Shown: positions 1 through 10,447, counted from the first letter of the whole stretch. The stretch: DNA of 63,980 nt, filler included, from Chrysochromulina tobinii (GCA_001275005.1; 5 parts of 5 records of this genome joined end to end with filler, not necessarily neighbours in it), one strand, 5' to 3'. Numbers and translations are program-made. The notes: generated from the sequence alone by a model not told the origin.

Positions 1-577
1 GCACCGATCTGGTTGCCGCACTGACCACCCTGGACGCAGACGAGCTCACGCATCTTTGTAGATTAGTTTAGCTGCGGACGCGACGGGGCAGAGGCACACA
101 GGAGGTGATGAGTCTTGGTTTGGGACATTTTGGAGTGTGCGCGCGCACGCGCGCAGGGCGATGCGAGCGAGGTCTCGCGCGGAAAACGGGTGGGCCATGT
201 AACAGGCGGGTGGCCCATGCGGCCCACACGTGCGGGAAGCGCCGGGAAGCGCCGGGGCACGGTGCTGGACGCTGCGGGAGAGAGGAGTGGACCAAGACGT
301 CGTGCGGCTTTCCACCTGCTTTTGCGTGTCACAGGCCGCGGGCAACTGACATATTTGGGGGGGAAATTGGGGTTTTGGGAAGTCTTGATTAAAGTGAAAC
401 GCCGGGAAACGCTTCCCTGCACCTCGCTTGTCAGGCCAGCTGCATTCAAAAAGGTGATCGTCACTACGGTTGACTGTCTGCTCTGCATGCTATGAGACGT
501 TACAAGTGCCGAAACGAAACGCTCGGCGAATGCCCCGTATGCATTGAAAACCGGAGGAGCCCGCCCATCTTCCGCTG

Positions 578-1795
578 GTGGTAGCAGGACTTTCCTTGCA
601 GACACTACCGAAAGGGTTGCCGCCTTCAGCCGGACGTGGGAGCACGACGATGGCACCAGCGCCGCTCTGCCAAAATCCGGAGTGCACGATGGATGCACTG
701 AACACGGTCGCAGATCGGCACACGTGCTACAGAAGGATTCGATGGCTGCAGTCAGCTCGATCGAGCACCCTCGGTCTCACCGAGCTCGATGCATGTGCGC
801 GCGTGGCTCAAGAGTTCCCGGCTGATTGTGGCAGGTGTAAGCCGGGAACCGCGAAGAATTGCGCCGTGCCTCCTCCGACGGTGCTCTTTAGCGATGGCTG
901 CTCAAAGTCGACCGCCGTCATGAGGCTCTTGACAGAGCTACTGCAGCTGCACGGCGACCCCGTCGTTGCCCCCGTCTATGAACCTCAAATCTGTCTCCAG
1001 AATTACTTTTGCCGTCCCTCCCCGGGCGTGACAGCCGGCGAGGCCATCGTCAAAGCCCTTCATGATGAGGTCGGGTGGGCTGGTCTGCGCTGTCGGTCGG
1101 TGCTGCTCAAGGTGCACTGCAAAGGCGCGTCGTGGCAGCAATACTCACCTGCTCTGCTCGCCCTCGGTGCCGCTCGCCGTTCAGTCGCGCTCTACCGAGC
1201 GGACTTGCTCGACGTGCTCATCTGTGAGGTACGCGATTGCATGAACCGCCAGGCCGGTTTCGTGACCGAGCGGCGCGCTTCGGAAGTGGGCGCTGAGCTG
1301 GGCGCCCACACGATGGGGCATTTGCATCCACTTGGCAGCCGCCCGCGGGCTTACCCGCGCGCGCTCAATTGCTCGATCGCGAGACGGCAACTGCCGCACG
1401 CGATACAGCCGATGGTCTGGCTCAATCCGAAGACTTTGCTCACCCAGCTCCGAGAGAAGCTACACGCGGCCTCGCATGCATGCATCCGACAGAGCTGGCC
1501 GAGCGCTACACAGCTGCAGCGGGTGAGCTCCGAAGTGCTCTTGCTGTCGGAGATGCATGCGGAACCCACGAGCGCCGGCTTTAATGCGAGCGCTGCGGCG
1601 TGGATGCAGCTGTTGCACGGCCTCGGGGTGCGCCCCCAGCCAGCCCTCTTGCGAGCACACCTTGTGAGCATGCCTCGGCGTCCCATGGCGGAGGCTATGC
1701 CGCAGCCGCACGCGCAGTCCATCGCCAACGCCGAGGAGGTGCGTCAAGTGCTCCTAGAGGCGGGTGGGATGTTTGCGCGCTTGTGGCGCGCTTGA
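578..1795 (+). CDS. Hypothetical protein (true start may be ATG 689)
   Basis: 405-codon ORF with ordinary composition; no recognised motif. Confidence 0.45.
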   Translation: MVAGLSLQTLPKGLPPSAGRGSTTMAPAPLCQNPECTMDALNTVADRHTCYRRIRWLQSARSSTLGLTELDACARVAQEFPADCGRCKPGTAKNCAVPPPTVLFSDGCSKSTAVMRLLTELLQLHGDPVVAPVYEPQICLQNYFCRPSPGVTAGEAIVKALHDEVGWAGLRCRSVLLKVHCKGASWQQYSPALLALGAARRSVALYRADLLDVLICEVRDCMNRQAGFVTERRASEVGAELGAHTMGHLHPLGSRPRAYPRALNCSIARRQLPHAIQPMVWLNPKTLLTQLREKLHAASHACIRQSWPSATQLQRVSSEVLLLSEMHAEPTSAGFNASAAAWMQLLHGLGVRPQPALLRAHLVSMPRRPMAEAMPQPHAQSIANAEEVRQVLLEAGGMFARLWRA

Positions 1796-2200
1796 GATGC
1801 ACACTTTCACTATGCACATTCAAATTGCGGGACCAAGATCAGGTTTCGTCCTTGATTTCGCATGGTTTCGTCACTGGGCGGCCACCAGGTCTGCTGGGAT
1901 AGATATTTCGTTATTTAGACTATCGCATCAAAATAAGCGTCGATGAGCGTGTGAAGCGCACCGGCTCGCGAGACACCGGAACAGGTCGGTGTGGGTGAAG
2001 GAAGCCTTCGTACTATAAAACGAACAACCCCACACCGTGTCGGTGATTTTGGCGGATCCGCCAAAAACGTCCGCGGAGGGGGATCCTAACAGTCCTACCG
2101 GTACAGTAACATTGACTTGACTTGACTTGACTTGTGATGACTTAACGCGACGGGGTGTGCTGGTGGCTCGTGGTTGCCAGCGAACGCAGGCTCCACCACA

Positions 2201-4108
2201 ATGGCCTTCTCGATGGCGCTGAGCGGCGCGAAGAAGAGCAAGCCAAGCGTGCAGCCGTCGGCCGTCGGCTTCGGAGGCACGGTGGCGGACGATGAGGAGC
2301 CTCGCGTAGAGACGGTGGCCGTCACGGAAATGATGGATGGCAAGACGGATGCGGACAAGGAACCAGAAGTCAAAGTGATCGCTGGTGCGCCAAACACCTT
2401 TGCGCTCGGCGGCGCGCAACACCTTCGGAACGTCATTCCCGTCAATGCACTCTTAGGACCCGACTCAATGGCGGCGGTCGCGGAAATTGCGGCAGCAGCG
2501 GCAACGGCGGCGTCAGCGGCAGCCGCAGTGGTGCCAGCAGCGGGCGGCGATGAAGCGGCTCCCCGCGGCTCTGCGAGTGGATCGGTGGTGCCTGTCGATG
2601 AGGAGTCGGCGGCGGCCGAAGCGGTTCTCGCCGAGCTGCGGGCGGGAGGTACCTCCATCTTTGGCGCGGACGACACCGAGCGGTACCGCCGAGATGTGCA
2701 GACGCGCGCCGACTCGACGAGTCGCGACGGTTACGAGGCGACCTCGATCGAGGAGTTTGGTAAGGCTTACCTGCGCGGCTATGGCTGGCAGGAGGGCAAC
2801 GACGGCGCACCCGAGCCCATCGAGTATGTGCCACGCCCGCAGCTCCTCGGCTTGGGCGCCGCGCCCAGGGTTGAGGAGTCGCCAGCCGATGGCAGCAAGA
2901 AGCGTTTCATCAAGCCGGGCGACACACGCGAGCCGAAGAAGGAGAAGATCTACGTCGACGAGCGCGGCCGGCAGCGGCACGTGAAGCGCGTGGGCGACAA
3001 GCTCGTCGAGCGCGAGGCGAGCGGCTTCGACAAGGGCGCTTTGGTGGCCATCACGGCCGGCCCGCACCAGGGCCTCTACGGGCGAGTGCAGTCGACTGGC
3101 GGGATGGAGAGCGACCTCAAGGTGGTGCTCAAGCTCACATTGAACGGCGAGCAGCTCACGCTCTCGGCCAAGGACTGCGCGCCCGTCAAGGACGCCCAGC
3201 TCGAGCGCATGGAGCCCGGCTTAACCCATCAGCAGCATCGCTCCAAGGCCGACGGTGGTACAGGCGGCAACGGTGGCGGCGGCGACGACGGTGGTAGCGG
3301 CGGCGGCGGCGGTGGCGGCGGCGGCGGCAGTGGCGGCGGCGGCTGCGGCGGCGAGCCGATCGAGGCGGAGGCGGATGGAGACGCTGTTCCCACTCACAGC
3401 GACGAGGATGAGCACCAAAGGAAGCGCAAGCACCGTGAGCACCGCGACGAGCGAGATCGCGACAAGAAGCACAAGTCGCATCGAGATCGAGATCGAGATC
3501 GTGACCGCGACCGCGATCGAGGGCGAGGGCCGGCAGAGGAGCGGCCGGCCCTAATTAGGGAGGAGCGGCCGGCCCTTATTCGGGAGGAGCGGCCGGCCGC
3601 GCCGTCGGCTGTGCTGTCGCGCGGTGGAGCCAATGGGGAAGGTAGTCGGCTCGGCGATGGAGGCAGCGCCGGCGGTGGCGGCAGCGCCGGCGGAGGCGGA
3701 GGCAGTGGAGGCGGTGCAGTTGCGGGCAGCTTCTGGGTGCGGGAGAGCATCAGAGTGCGTGTCATCGACAAGCGGTACGCGGGCGGGATGCTGTACAACA
3801 AGAAAGGCGTCGTGGTGGACGTGAGCAGCGTGGACGCGTTCACAGTGCGTATGGACGATACTCAGAAGCTACATGAAGGACTTTCGCATGCAGCGGTTGA
3901 GACGGCGCTACCGAAGCGCGGCGGCACCGTGCTCATCCTACGCGGCGCGCATCGGCTGCGGCGGGGCATGCTACTCGAGCGCCGCTCGGAGGACGCGCGC
4001 GCCGTCGTGCAGCTCGCCGGCGACCTACGCGTGGTCGAGGTGTCCTTTGATGACGTGGCGGAGTGGGTAGGCGGTCTGGGCGAGCAGTTAGACATTGCCG
4101 ACCTGTGA
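2201..4108 (+). CDS. GPKOW: G-patch and KOW domain splicing factor (GPKOW/Spp2/MOS2 family)
   Basis: G-patch IEEFGKAYLRGYGWQEG...YVPRPQLLGLGA; KOW GALVAITAGPHQGLYGRV; C-terminal KOW pair WVRESIRVRVIDKRYAGG...ETALPKRGGTVLILRG. Confidence 0.9.
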   Translation: MAFSMALSGAKKSKPSVQPSAVGFGGTVADDEEPRVETVAVTEMMDGKTDADKEPEVKVIAGAPNTFALGGAQHLRNVIPVNALLGPDSMAAVAEIAAAAATAASAAAAVVPAAGGDEAAPRGSASGSVVPVDEESAAAEAVLAELRAGGTSIFGADDTERYRRDVQTRADSTSRDGYEATSIEEFGKAYLRGYGWQEGNDGAPEPIEYVPRPQLLGLGAAPRVEESPADGSKKRFIKPGDTREPKKEKIYVDERGRQRHVKRVGDKLVEREASGFDKGALVAITAGPHQGLYGRVQSTGGMESDLKVVLKLTLNGEQLTLSAKDCAPVKDAQLERMEPGLTHQQHRSKADGGTGGNGGGGDDGGSGGGGGGGGGGSGGGGCGGEPIEAEADGDAVPTHSDEDEHQRKRKHREHRDERDRDKKHKSHRDRDRDRDRDRDRGRGPAEERPALIREERPALIREERPAAPSAVLSRGGANGEGSRLGDGGSAGGGGSAGGGGGSGGGAVAGSFWVRESIRVRVIDKRYAGGMLYNKKGVVVDVSSVDAFTVRMDDTQKLHEGLSHAAVETALPKRGGTVLILRGAHRLRRGMLLERRSEDARAVVQLAGDLRVVEVSFDDVAEWVGGLGEQLDIADL

Positions 4109-4294
4109 TCGTCTATGAGCCGTTCTTATCGCATTAACGAGGTTTCGTCCACACCTAGAAGCAACTGACCAGAAGAAAACTTCCACCGCTCAAGTGGTGG
4201 GCGACCGATTATTTCACACACGGCTGCGTGTTAACGTTCACACGGTTGTCGCGAGTCGTTCACAAAACGAACAAAACCTCCGCCGTGGGCATGC

Positions 4295-5989
4295 ATGGAG
4301 GGCACGGAGGCACACGCGATTCTTCTCTATTACGCTTACATCGAGCTGGACGCAGCCACTGAGCACGCGTGGCACGATGCTCTTGCACGGTCGCTCGGCC
4401 TTGGAGGGCGCCTACGTATTTCGTCGCAAGGACTGAACGGCACGCTGAGTGGCAGGGAGGCGTTACTGAAAGAATACAGCAGGGCGGTCACCGCCAGGCA
4501 CGGTGAGCATGGCGCAAGGATTGACTGGAAGTTTGGTGTTGCCGAGCTGCATCAGCTCTTTCCAGAGCTGTCTTGTCGTATCGTCTCCGAGGTGGTGTCT
4601 CTTGGCGTCGATCCTTTGCAAGCGCCATTGCAGCTCGCCGGACGCCATCTGAACCCGGCCGAGTTTCATGAGGAGCTTCAGCGCGCGGCGGCGTCCGACG
4701 TGCGCAACGTCGTGCTTCTGGACGCACGGAACGTGTACGAAACGCGCATCGGCAGGTTTGCCGCTGCGAATGTGCCGACGTTACTGCCCCAGATCCGGCA
4801 GTTTTCCGACCTACCGGCATGGATCGATGCACACGTGGACGAGCTTCGGGGGCGACGCGTGCTCATGTACTGCACGGGCGGCGTGCGGTGCGAGACGGCC
4901 TCCGCCTACCTGCGCCACAAGCTGGGGCTCGCCGAGGTCGAGGGCGATGCCGACGCTTCCACAGATCAGGCTCGTACCAACGTACTCCAGCTGGGCGGAG
5001 GCATCGAGCGCTACATCGAAGCCTTTCCGGCCGGCGGCTTCTGGCGCGGCAGCAACCTGGTCTTCGACCCACGGCTGCGCACCGCGCCGGCGGCACGGGC
5101 AACCAACGATGTGATCGGCACCTGCCAGCAGTGCGCGGCGCCCACCGACGATTATGCACCGCAGAGGCGATGCACGCACTGCCGGCTGCTGCTGCTGCTC
5201 TGCCCAACATGCTGTGCCTGCGACTCGGCCACGCTCTGCTGCGAGCCATGTGCCCGTGCGCGCGAGGAGACAGGCAGGCCTACGGGGCCGATGGGGGCGG
5301 TGCTGGAAAAGACCACGACTGGCGCCCTACCCCAGCGCGCCAATCGTCGCCAGCGGTCAGTGGGAAGTGCTCCACAGAACCTGAGCGCACGCAACGCCAG
5401 CGCTGGTGGCACTGACGACCGTCACGGCGGCGATGGCGACGAAGAGCACAAGAATGGTGCGGAGTGTGCAGTAGACGCGATCGATGAGCCCGCCTTGCTG
5501 ACTGGGCTTGAGGCGTGGGCTTGTTCGGATGCGCCCTGTCAGTACGAACACCTGGAGCATACGGCCGACGTGCAGATACACTCGTGGGGCGTGTGCCTCG
5601 AGGAGGCCTTCGCGCAGCAGGTGCTCGGTATCATGAGCCTGATCACGGAGCTTCCTACTGTGCGCGTCTCCGAGGAGCGCGCGCCGGGCGCTCGATGGCC
5701 ATCGTGCGCGCGCCAAGTGAGTTCTGAGGGGCATGATCTTCCATCGCTGCTCTTCAACTTCCTGGACGAATGGCTTTGCCAATTTAACGTGGAGCTGTTC
5801 GTGTGCCGTCGGCTCAAAGTTCTCTCCTTGGACCGTGAGAACTGGGCCATCGAATCAGTGGGGGTCGGCGAGACATTTGAGCTGGGGCGCCACCCTCAAG
5901 GCCTCGAGGTAAAAGCCATCACGTACTCGGCCATGCGCATCACCGAGGTGGACCGTCGAGCGGATGTACTTGTGATCGTCGACGTGTAA
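4295..5989 (+). CDS. TrhO/UPF0176 (TSTD2-like) rhodanese fused to a C-terminal archease domain
   Basis: LLYYAY...GRLRISSQGLNGTLSG, LLDARNVYETRIGRF, MYCTGGVRCE and a Cys-rich tail; from 5543 archease motifs YEHLEHTADV, LLFNFLDEWL, HPQGLEVKAITYSAM, VIVDV-stop. Confidence 0.88.
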   Translation: MEGTEAHAILLYYAYIELDAATEHAWHDALARSLGLGGRLRISSQGLNGTLSGREALLKEYSRAVTARHGEHGARIDWKFGVAELHQLFPELSCRIVSEVVSLGVDPLQAPLQLAGRHLNPAEFHEELQRAAASDVRNVVLLDARNVYETRIGRFAAANVPTLLPQIRQFSDLPAWIDAHVDELRGRRVLMYCTGGVRCETASAYLRHKLGLAEVEGDADASTDQARTNVLQLGGGIERYIEAFPAGGFWRGSNLVFDPRLRTAPAARATNDVIGTCQQCAAPTDDYAPQRRCTHCRLLLLLCPTCCACDSATLCCEPCARAREETGRPTGPMGAVLEKTTTGALPQRANRRQRSVGSAPQNLSARNASAGGTDDRHGGDGDEEHKNGAECAVDAIDEPALLTGLEAWACSDAPCQYEHLEHTADVQIHSWGVCLEEAFAQQVLGIMSLITELPTVRVSEERAPGARWPSCARQVSSEGHDLPSLLFNFLDEWLCQFNVELFVCRRLKVLSLDRENWAIESVGVGETFELGRHPQGLEVKAITYSAMRITEVDRRADVLVIVDV

Positions 5990-6525
5990 AGCTGCGAGGT
6001 GACGTCCGACGTGTACTACGTACTAGCTACTACATCGACGTGTACTAGCTACTACGTAGAGCTCTGAGCCTTTGCCGGAGTTCTACACCGCACCGTCGAT
6101 GACGCTGTATGGTGATGCATGGCTGTTGGCTCCGATTCCCCCCCGCTCGTGCGGTCGTGGGACCGGTGGCGCTGGCGGCCGATGCATCCCGATGGGCCGA
6201 ATCCGATCCGCGCGTATGCCGTAACCAGTATCGGCTATCGCCGGTTCGCGCGGCCCCGCCATCCGCCCCGGACCGGCGGACCGACCGGGGTTGGAGCTTG
6301 GACCGACCGAATAAGACCGTGTCAGTTCCGTGTCCTTACTCCTCGCCTATCTGTCCTCGTTGTCCCGTCGTGGCCGCGGCTGTTCTGCTGTACTGGAGAG
6401 TAGAGTTTTCTAACGTAATGTTGACTCCTACCGTTGACGCGTTGACTTAGTGTTTATCTGTTTTTTTCATGTCCTATAACGTCAATAATGTTGTCGTCGA
6501 ATTCCAATTCGCGGTTCCGGCACTG

Positions 6526-6897
6526 CCACTATGCGAGAAACACCATAGGGTAATTACCTGAGTGTTGAAACCCTCCCCCAAGGTCAAAATCTCGCGCCCC
6601 ACTATGTAGAAACACCATAGGGTAATTACCTGAGTGTTGAAACCCTCCCCCAAGGTCAAAAACTCAAAATCTCGCGCCCCACTATGTAGAAACACCATAG
6701 GGTAATTACCTGAGTGTTGAAACCCTCCCCCAAGGTCAAAATCTCGCGCCCCACTATGTAGAAACACCATAGGGTAATTACCTGAGTGTTGAAACCCTCT
6801 CCCCCAAGGTCAAAATCTCGCGCCCCACTATGTAGAAACACCATAGGGTAATTACCTGAGTGTTGAAACCCTCCCCCAAGGTCAAAATCTCGCGCCG
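6526..6897. repeat. Tandem minisatellite, about 72-bp unit x5
   Basis: Unit CCACTATGTAGAAACACCATAGGGTAATTACCTGAGTGTTGAAACCCTCCCCCAAGGTCAAAATCTCGCGCC; small indels between copies; internal palindrome GGTAATTACC. Confidence 0.95.
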
Positions 6898-7187
6898 CCG
6901 TAAAGCTAGACCAGGCTCACATCGCGGGGGAAAACGACACATGTCGCGGTGGCAAGGCGCGGTGCGCGCGGTGGATTTAGTGGATGTGCGCCCAATTTTC
7001 GTGGGTCGGAAACACATCTTTGATTCTTTGTTCTTTCTCAACTCATGTCAGTCAGGCGTATATAGCGCATCAATCGTCGCGACGGGCCGCCGTAGGACAA
7101 GCGCGTAGGAATCGTGTGAAGATCCACGACGCGGCCCCGGACCTCGCGAGAGCAGCCGGCCAGCCCAAAGGCGCAAAGGGCCAGCAG

Positions 7188-7228
7188 CCGCGTACAAGTC
7201 AAGTCAAGTCTAGGACTTGACCGCGTAC
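7188..7228. mobile_element. 25-nt (AAGTC)3-TAG-GACTTGA insertion with 8-bp target-site duplication
   Basis: CCGCGTAC at 7188-7195 and 7221-7228 flanks an inverted pentamer repeat. Confidence 0.65.
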
Positions 7229-7429
7229 GAGCTCCGATTCCGTCCCACTACATGTACCCACACGGCACACGTACGGCTCACGGGCTCTCCACGTACTCTG
7301 GGCTCTCCTGACCTCGGACCTAGGTATTCCGGTAAAAAGACACCGGGGGGAGCCGGATACACACGGGACACGTTCCGGTTCGGTATGAACGCGAGGTGTT
7401 GTGAATGAACGCGCTCTCGGGGCTTCTCA

Positions 7430-7741
7430 ATGCCGACCGCGCTGGAGGAAGGCGTGCTGATAACGAGCGACTCGGCGATGGTTCAGTATATCCTGCATCT
7501 CGACGAGAAGCGGCAGCGGGAAGCTGGCCAGTCCTCCTTTGTGCTCGCCGAGCTCGACGAGACGCACCTGCTCGTCAAGCCGTTTGCAGAGGACATCGTA
7601 CGAGGGAAGATCAACGAACTGGTCGACAGCAACACCTTCTCGCGCGAGATGGAGCCGCCGCCCGAGAAGCGCGCCATGCTGGATGATGGCGGCAAGGAGG
7701 GCGGTGGAAAGAAGCGGCGTCCCGCCAAGGATAAGATCTAA
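7430..7741 (+). CDS. TFB5: TFIIH subunit 5 (Tfb5/TTDA)
   Basis: GVLITSDSAMVQYILHLDE...FVLAELDETHLLVK...INELVDSNTF matches the Tfb5 pattern; basic C-terminal tail. Confidence 0.88.
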   Translation: MPTALEEGVLITSDSAMVQYILHLDEKRQREAGQSSFVLAELDETHLLVKPFAEDIVRGKINELVDSNTFSREMEPPPEKRAMLDDGGKEGGGKKRRPAKDKI

Positions 7742-8008
7742 GGGCAGCAACGGAGAGAGCTTTCGACCGAGAAGCGTTTACTGGAGCGTAGATATAGAGA
7801 TAGAGAAATAGGATGAGCTAGACATAGTATGCACTCATTATAATGTGTGACACAAGCTGCTCCATTGACTTTTTGATTGACAAGATTTGACTTACCCGAC
7901 GGAAATCGCGTCCTCCGCTCGTGTAGACCGGAGGCGCATGTGCTGAGCCAGAGTCGCTGAGCCCGGCCGTCAGCACACGGCATCCTATCCACTCGGCGCT
8001 CCGCATCC

Positions 8009-9244
8009 TCATAACAGATGCGGCGACACCTGCGACGCGTGTACCTCGTTCGAGCCGCAGCCACATTTAGCGGAGCCGCCGTTACACTTGGAGCCGTCGC
8101 TGAGCAGCGGCACGGCTCCGCCCTCCGAGGACGAGTCGCTCGCCACAGGTGGGCTCGTGCGGCGGCGCGAGCCGTCGGGCAGTGTAGATCCGTCAGCACG
8201 CATGGCCAGCGTGCGCTCGCCCACGCCAAGGGCCTCGTCGTCGTGATCGGACGACGAGACTGGCAACACGCGCACATTCCCCTTGGGGCGTGTCTCCGCC
8301 GGAAGCAGCAGCGCGCAGCACAAGCAGCAGCAGAGCGGCAGGGATAAGAAGAAGACGTACGGCGAGTACGCGGCCGCCCAGGTGGCGGCTGATGGCGTGC
8401 TGTCCCCCGCGCCGCCGGGCGCCACGTCCTCGACTGCATGGAGTTGCGCAGCGAGGGTGCACAGCGCAGGAAGGGCGAGCAGCGAGCAGCAGCAGCTACA
8501 GAGCCCAAACTCGACTGCGACGGCCTCCCGTGCCTTGACCCACTCGACGCGGTCCTTGGCGTGGGGCGGCAGTGCGCGCGTGCCCTTGGTGAGCGAGCCG
8601 AGCGTCATGCAGCCGAGCACCAGCTGCACCAGCTGAAAGGAGAGCAGGGGCGCGGCGATCTCCCACCAGCTCCAGACGAACCCAAGCTGGAGCCGCCCGT
8701 AGAGGAGCGCGAACGAGCCGCCTCCAAGGAGGAGCTCGAGCCACATGCTGAGCTGTGACGGCGCCGCGCGTGCCGCATGCATGCGCAGCGCGACCGCGTC
8801 CGCCTCGCCGTCCGCACCGCTGGCGCATGAGAACAGAGGCGCTGTCGCTGCACGAAACAGCAGGAGCAGCGCGAGCGGTGCGAGCGCGGCCGTCCAGTCC
8901 TGCAGGCGCAAGGGTACATACGCGAGGAGCGGCGATGCGGGAGGCCCGACGAGCGCGAGGTGCGCGCACATCGTGAGCGTCGCGAGCGCGCTGAGGCCGA
9001 TGCTGCCACGGCTACGCAGCGATGGTTGATGCGCCCTCAGCAGCAGGCAAGGCAGTGCGAGGACAGTGAGCAGCACCGCGAGCGCGGAAATCATGAGCGG
9101 CGCGTAGACGATGGTCCACGGCCGCTGAATCTTCCCGCCATCGGCGTTGCCCACGTGCAGGTACATGAAGGCGAGCAAGCAACCGGATGAGAGGCACGAG
9201 AGGCCGCAGCACAAACTGCAGCATCTCGTACGTGCGGCAGACAT
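8009..9244 (-). CDS. Multi-pass membrane protein, TMEM185/Fragile-X-F-like
   Basis: Several hydrophobic helices with repeated W-x-x-(V/I/A)-x-x-P-L motifs (WTIVYAPL, WTAALAPL, WSWWEIAAPL). Confidence 0.6.
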   Translation of the reverse strand: MSAARTRCCSLCCGLSCLSSGCLLAFMYLHVGNADGGKIQRPWTIVYAPLMISALAVLLTVLALPCLLLRAHQPSLRSRGSIGLSALATLTMCAHLALVGPPASPLLAYVPLRLQDWTAALAPLALLLLFRAATAPLFSCASGADGEADAVALRMHAARAAPSQLSMWLELLLGGGSFALLYGRLQLGFVWSWWEIAAPLLSFQLVQLVLGCMTLGSLTKGTRALPPHAKDRVEWVKAREAVAVEFGLCSCCCSLLALPALCTLAAQLHAVEDVAPGGAGDSTPSAATWAAAYSPYVFFLSLPLCCCLCCALLLPAETRPKGNVRVLPVSSSDHDDEALGVGERTLAMRADGSTLPDGSRRRTSPPVASDSSSEGGAVPLLSDGSKCNGGSAKCGCGSNEVHASQVSPHLL

Positions 9245-9699
9245 GGGATCCTTGGTGCGCCGCGACGTCGGCGCACGTCGGGGGGAGTCGCAAAGCAGCG
9301 GCTGCTGCAGTGACGTTATTGTGGCCTTCACGCTGGCCTCTCGCCTCTCCCGGTCCGACCCGCCTCGTCTTGCTGAACATGCGGGTGATGCGCACAAGTA
9401 AACTTGGAGCTGCTGCTGTGAAACACACAACGCGCGCGCTCTCCGGACCCCCAAGCACGGGGGCCGCTATCGCAATGTAAACTTGGTCTCGTGTATGGTT
9501 TGACTTAAATTGCTGTTCATCAGAGCTACACAAGCAGCCTGGTGAGCGCGACAACCCGGTCCCTGCTAAAGCTAGACCAGGCTTACATCGCGGTGGGTGG
9601 GCGGGACCACTCCGCTCTCGACTGAGAGCTAGACATGGGAGCCACCAACGTTCGCTAATCTCCCCGCAACGAGGAGTATGCCCCCAGTCCCAAGGCCCA

Positions 9700-10005
9700 G
9701 TCCGACGCGTGGCACGCCGAGACGCGCGCCGAAGGGTGCACCGACCGCACGGTCTACGGCACGTCGCGCACGGCCACCACCTCCTTCTTCACGCACCACT
9801 TGCGCCTAATCTTGCTCGCCGCAGTGATCGGCGCGGCGCTCCCCGTCGCCATCTGGGGTTCTGGGCGAAATCCAGGAAATCTCACCTCCTTAGCGGCGCC
9901 CCGCTTGCTGGCCTGTTGCCAGTAGTCATGTAAGCGCCCCCCCCGGGGGACGCGCCCGCACCGCTGTACGGTGTGGTCCTGTTTTAAATTCACACACACA
10001 TTCAC
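9700..10005 (+). mobile_element. 5'-truncated retroelement fragment: ORF C-terminus, 3' UTR and CA-rich tail
   Basis: Encodes DRTVYGTSRTATTSFFTHHLRLILLAAV, similar to the 10048-10380 peptide; 9870-10005 recurs at 52714-52849; ends TTTTAAATTCACACACACATTCAC. Confidence 0.6.
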
Positions 10006-10047
10006 AGCCGCGCGCGCGGGAGCGGTTAACTGAGCGGTTTAGGAATC

Positions 10048-10350
10048 CTAGAAGGGCGACATGCCCATGGTGAGCTTGAAGCTCATGGCGGGAGCGGCGA
10101 GGAGTACGGTAGTGTCCGCGAGGACGACGGCTGCCGAGATAGCCGCGCGATGGTGTGCAAGGAAGGTGCGGGGGGAGGACCGCGAGAGGCCATACCGGGT
10201 GGAATCATGGGTGGTCGGCGCGCGTGCGTGCTTACCAAGGGCTCGCAGCGCGCGGTCGAAGGTGGGGGAGAGCGCACCTGTGGTCTCGGTAACCAGGAGG
10301 GTCACCGGGTGACCGCGGCGCTGGGCATCGGCGTAGTCGTGGTCCCGGCT
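10048..10350 (-). mobile_element. Retroelement ORF C-terminal fragment (restriction-like endonuclease type non-LTR element, inferred)
   Basis: DYADAQRRGHPVTLLVTETTGALSP...DSTRYGLSRSSPRTFLAHHRAAISAAV; hydrophobic-ETxG motif resembles the RLE C-terminus; no RT domain in the window. Confidence 0.5.
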
Positions 10351-10447
10351 CCCCCGGTGTCTTTTTACCGGTATTTCCATTTTGAAACCGTTCCCTCTTA
10401 TGAACGATCCTAACCAGGTTTTGATCTGCCAGGAGTGATAGTCGAGG

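Noticed and set aside
6526..6897. Possible CRISPR array
   Set aside because: Units are near-identical along their whole length with no unique spacers; eukaryotic context and no cas genes
9567..9700. Possible self-cleaving ribozyme upstream of the retroelement fragment
   Set aside because: Could not fit HDV-like or hammerhead pairing by eye; would need an Infernal/RNArobo search
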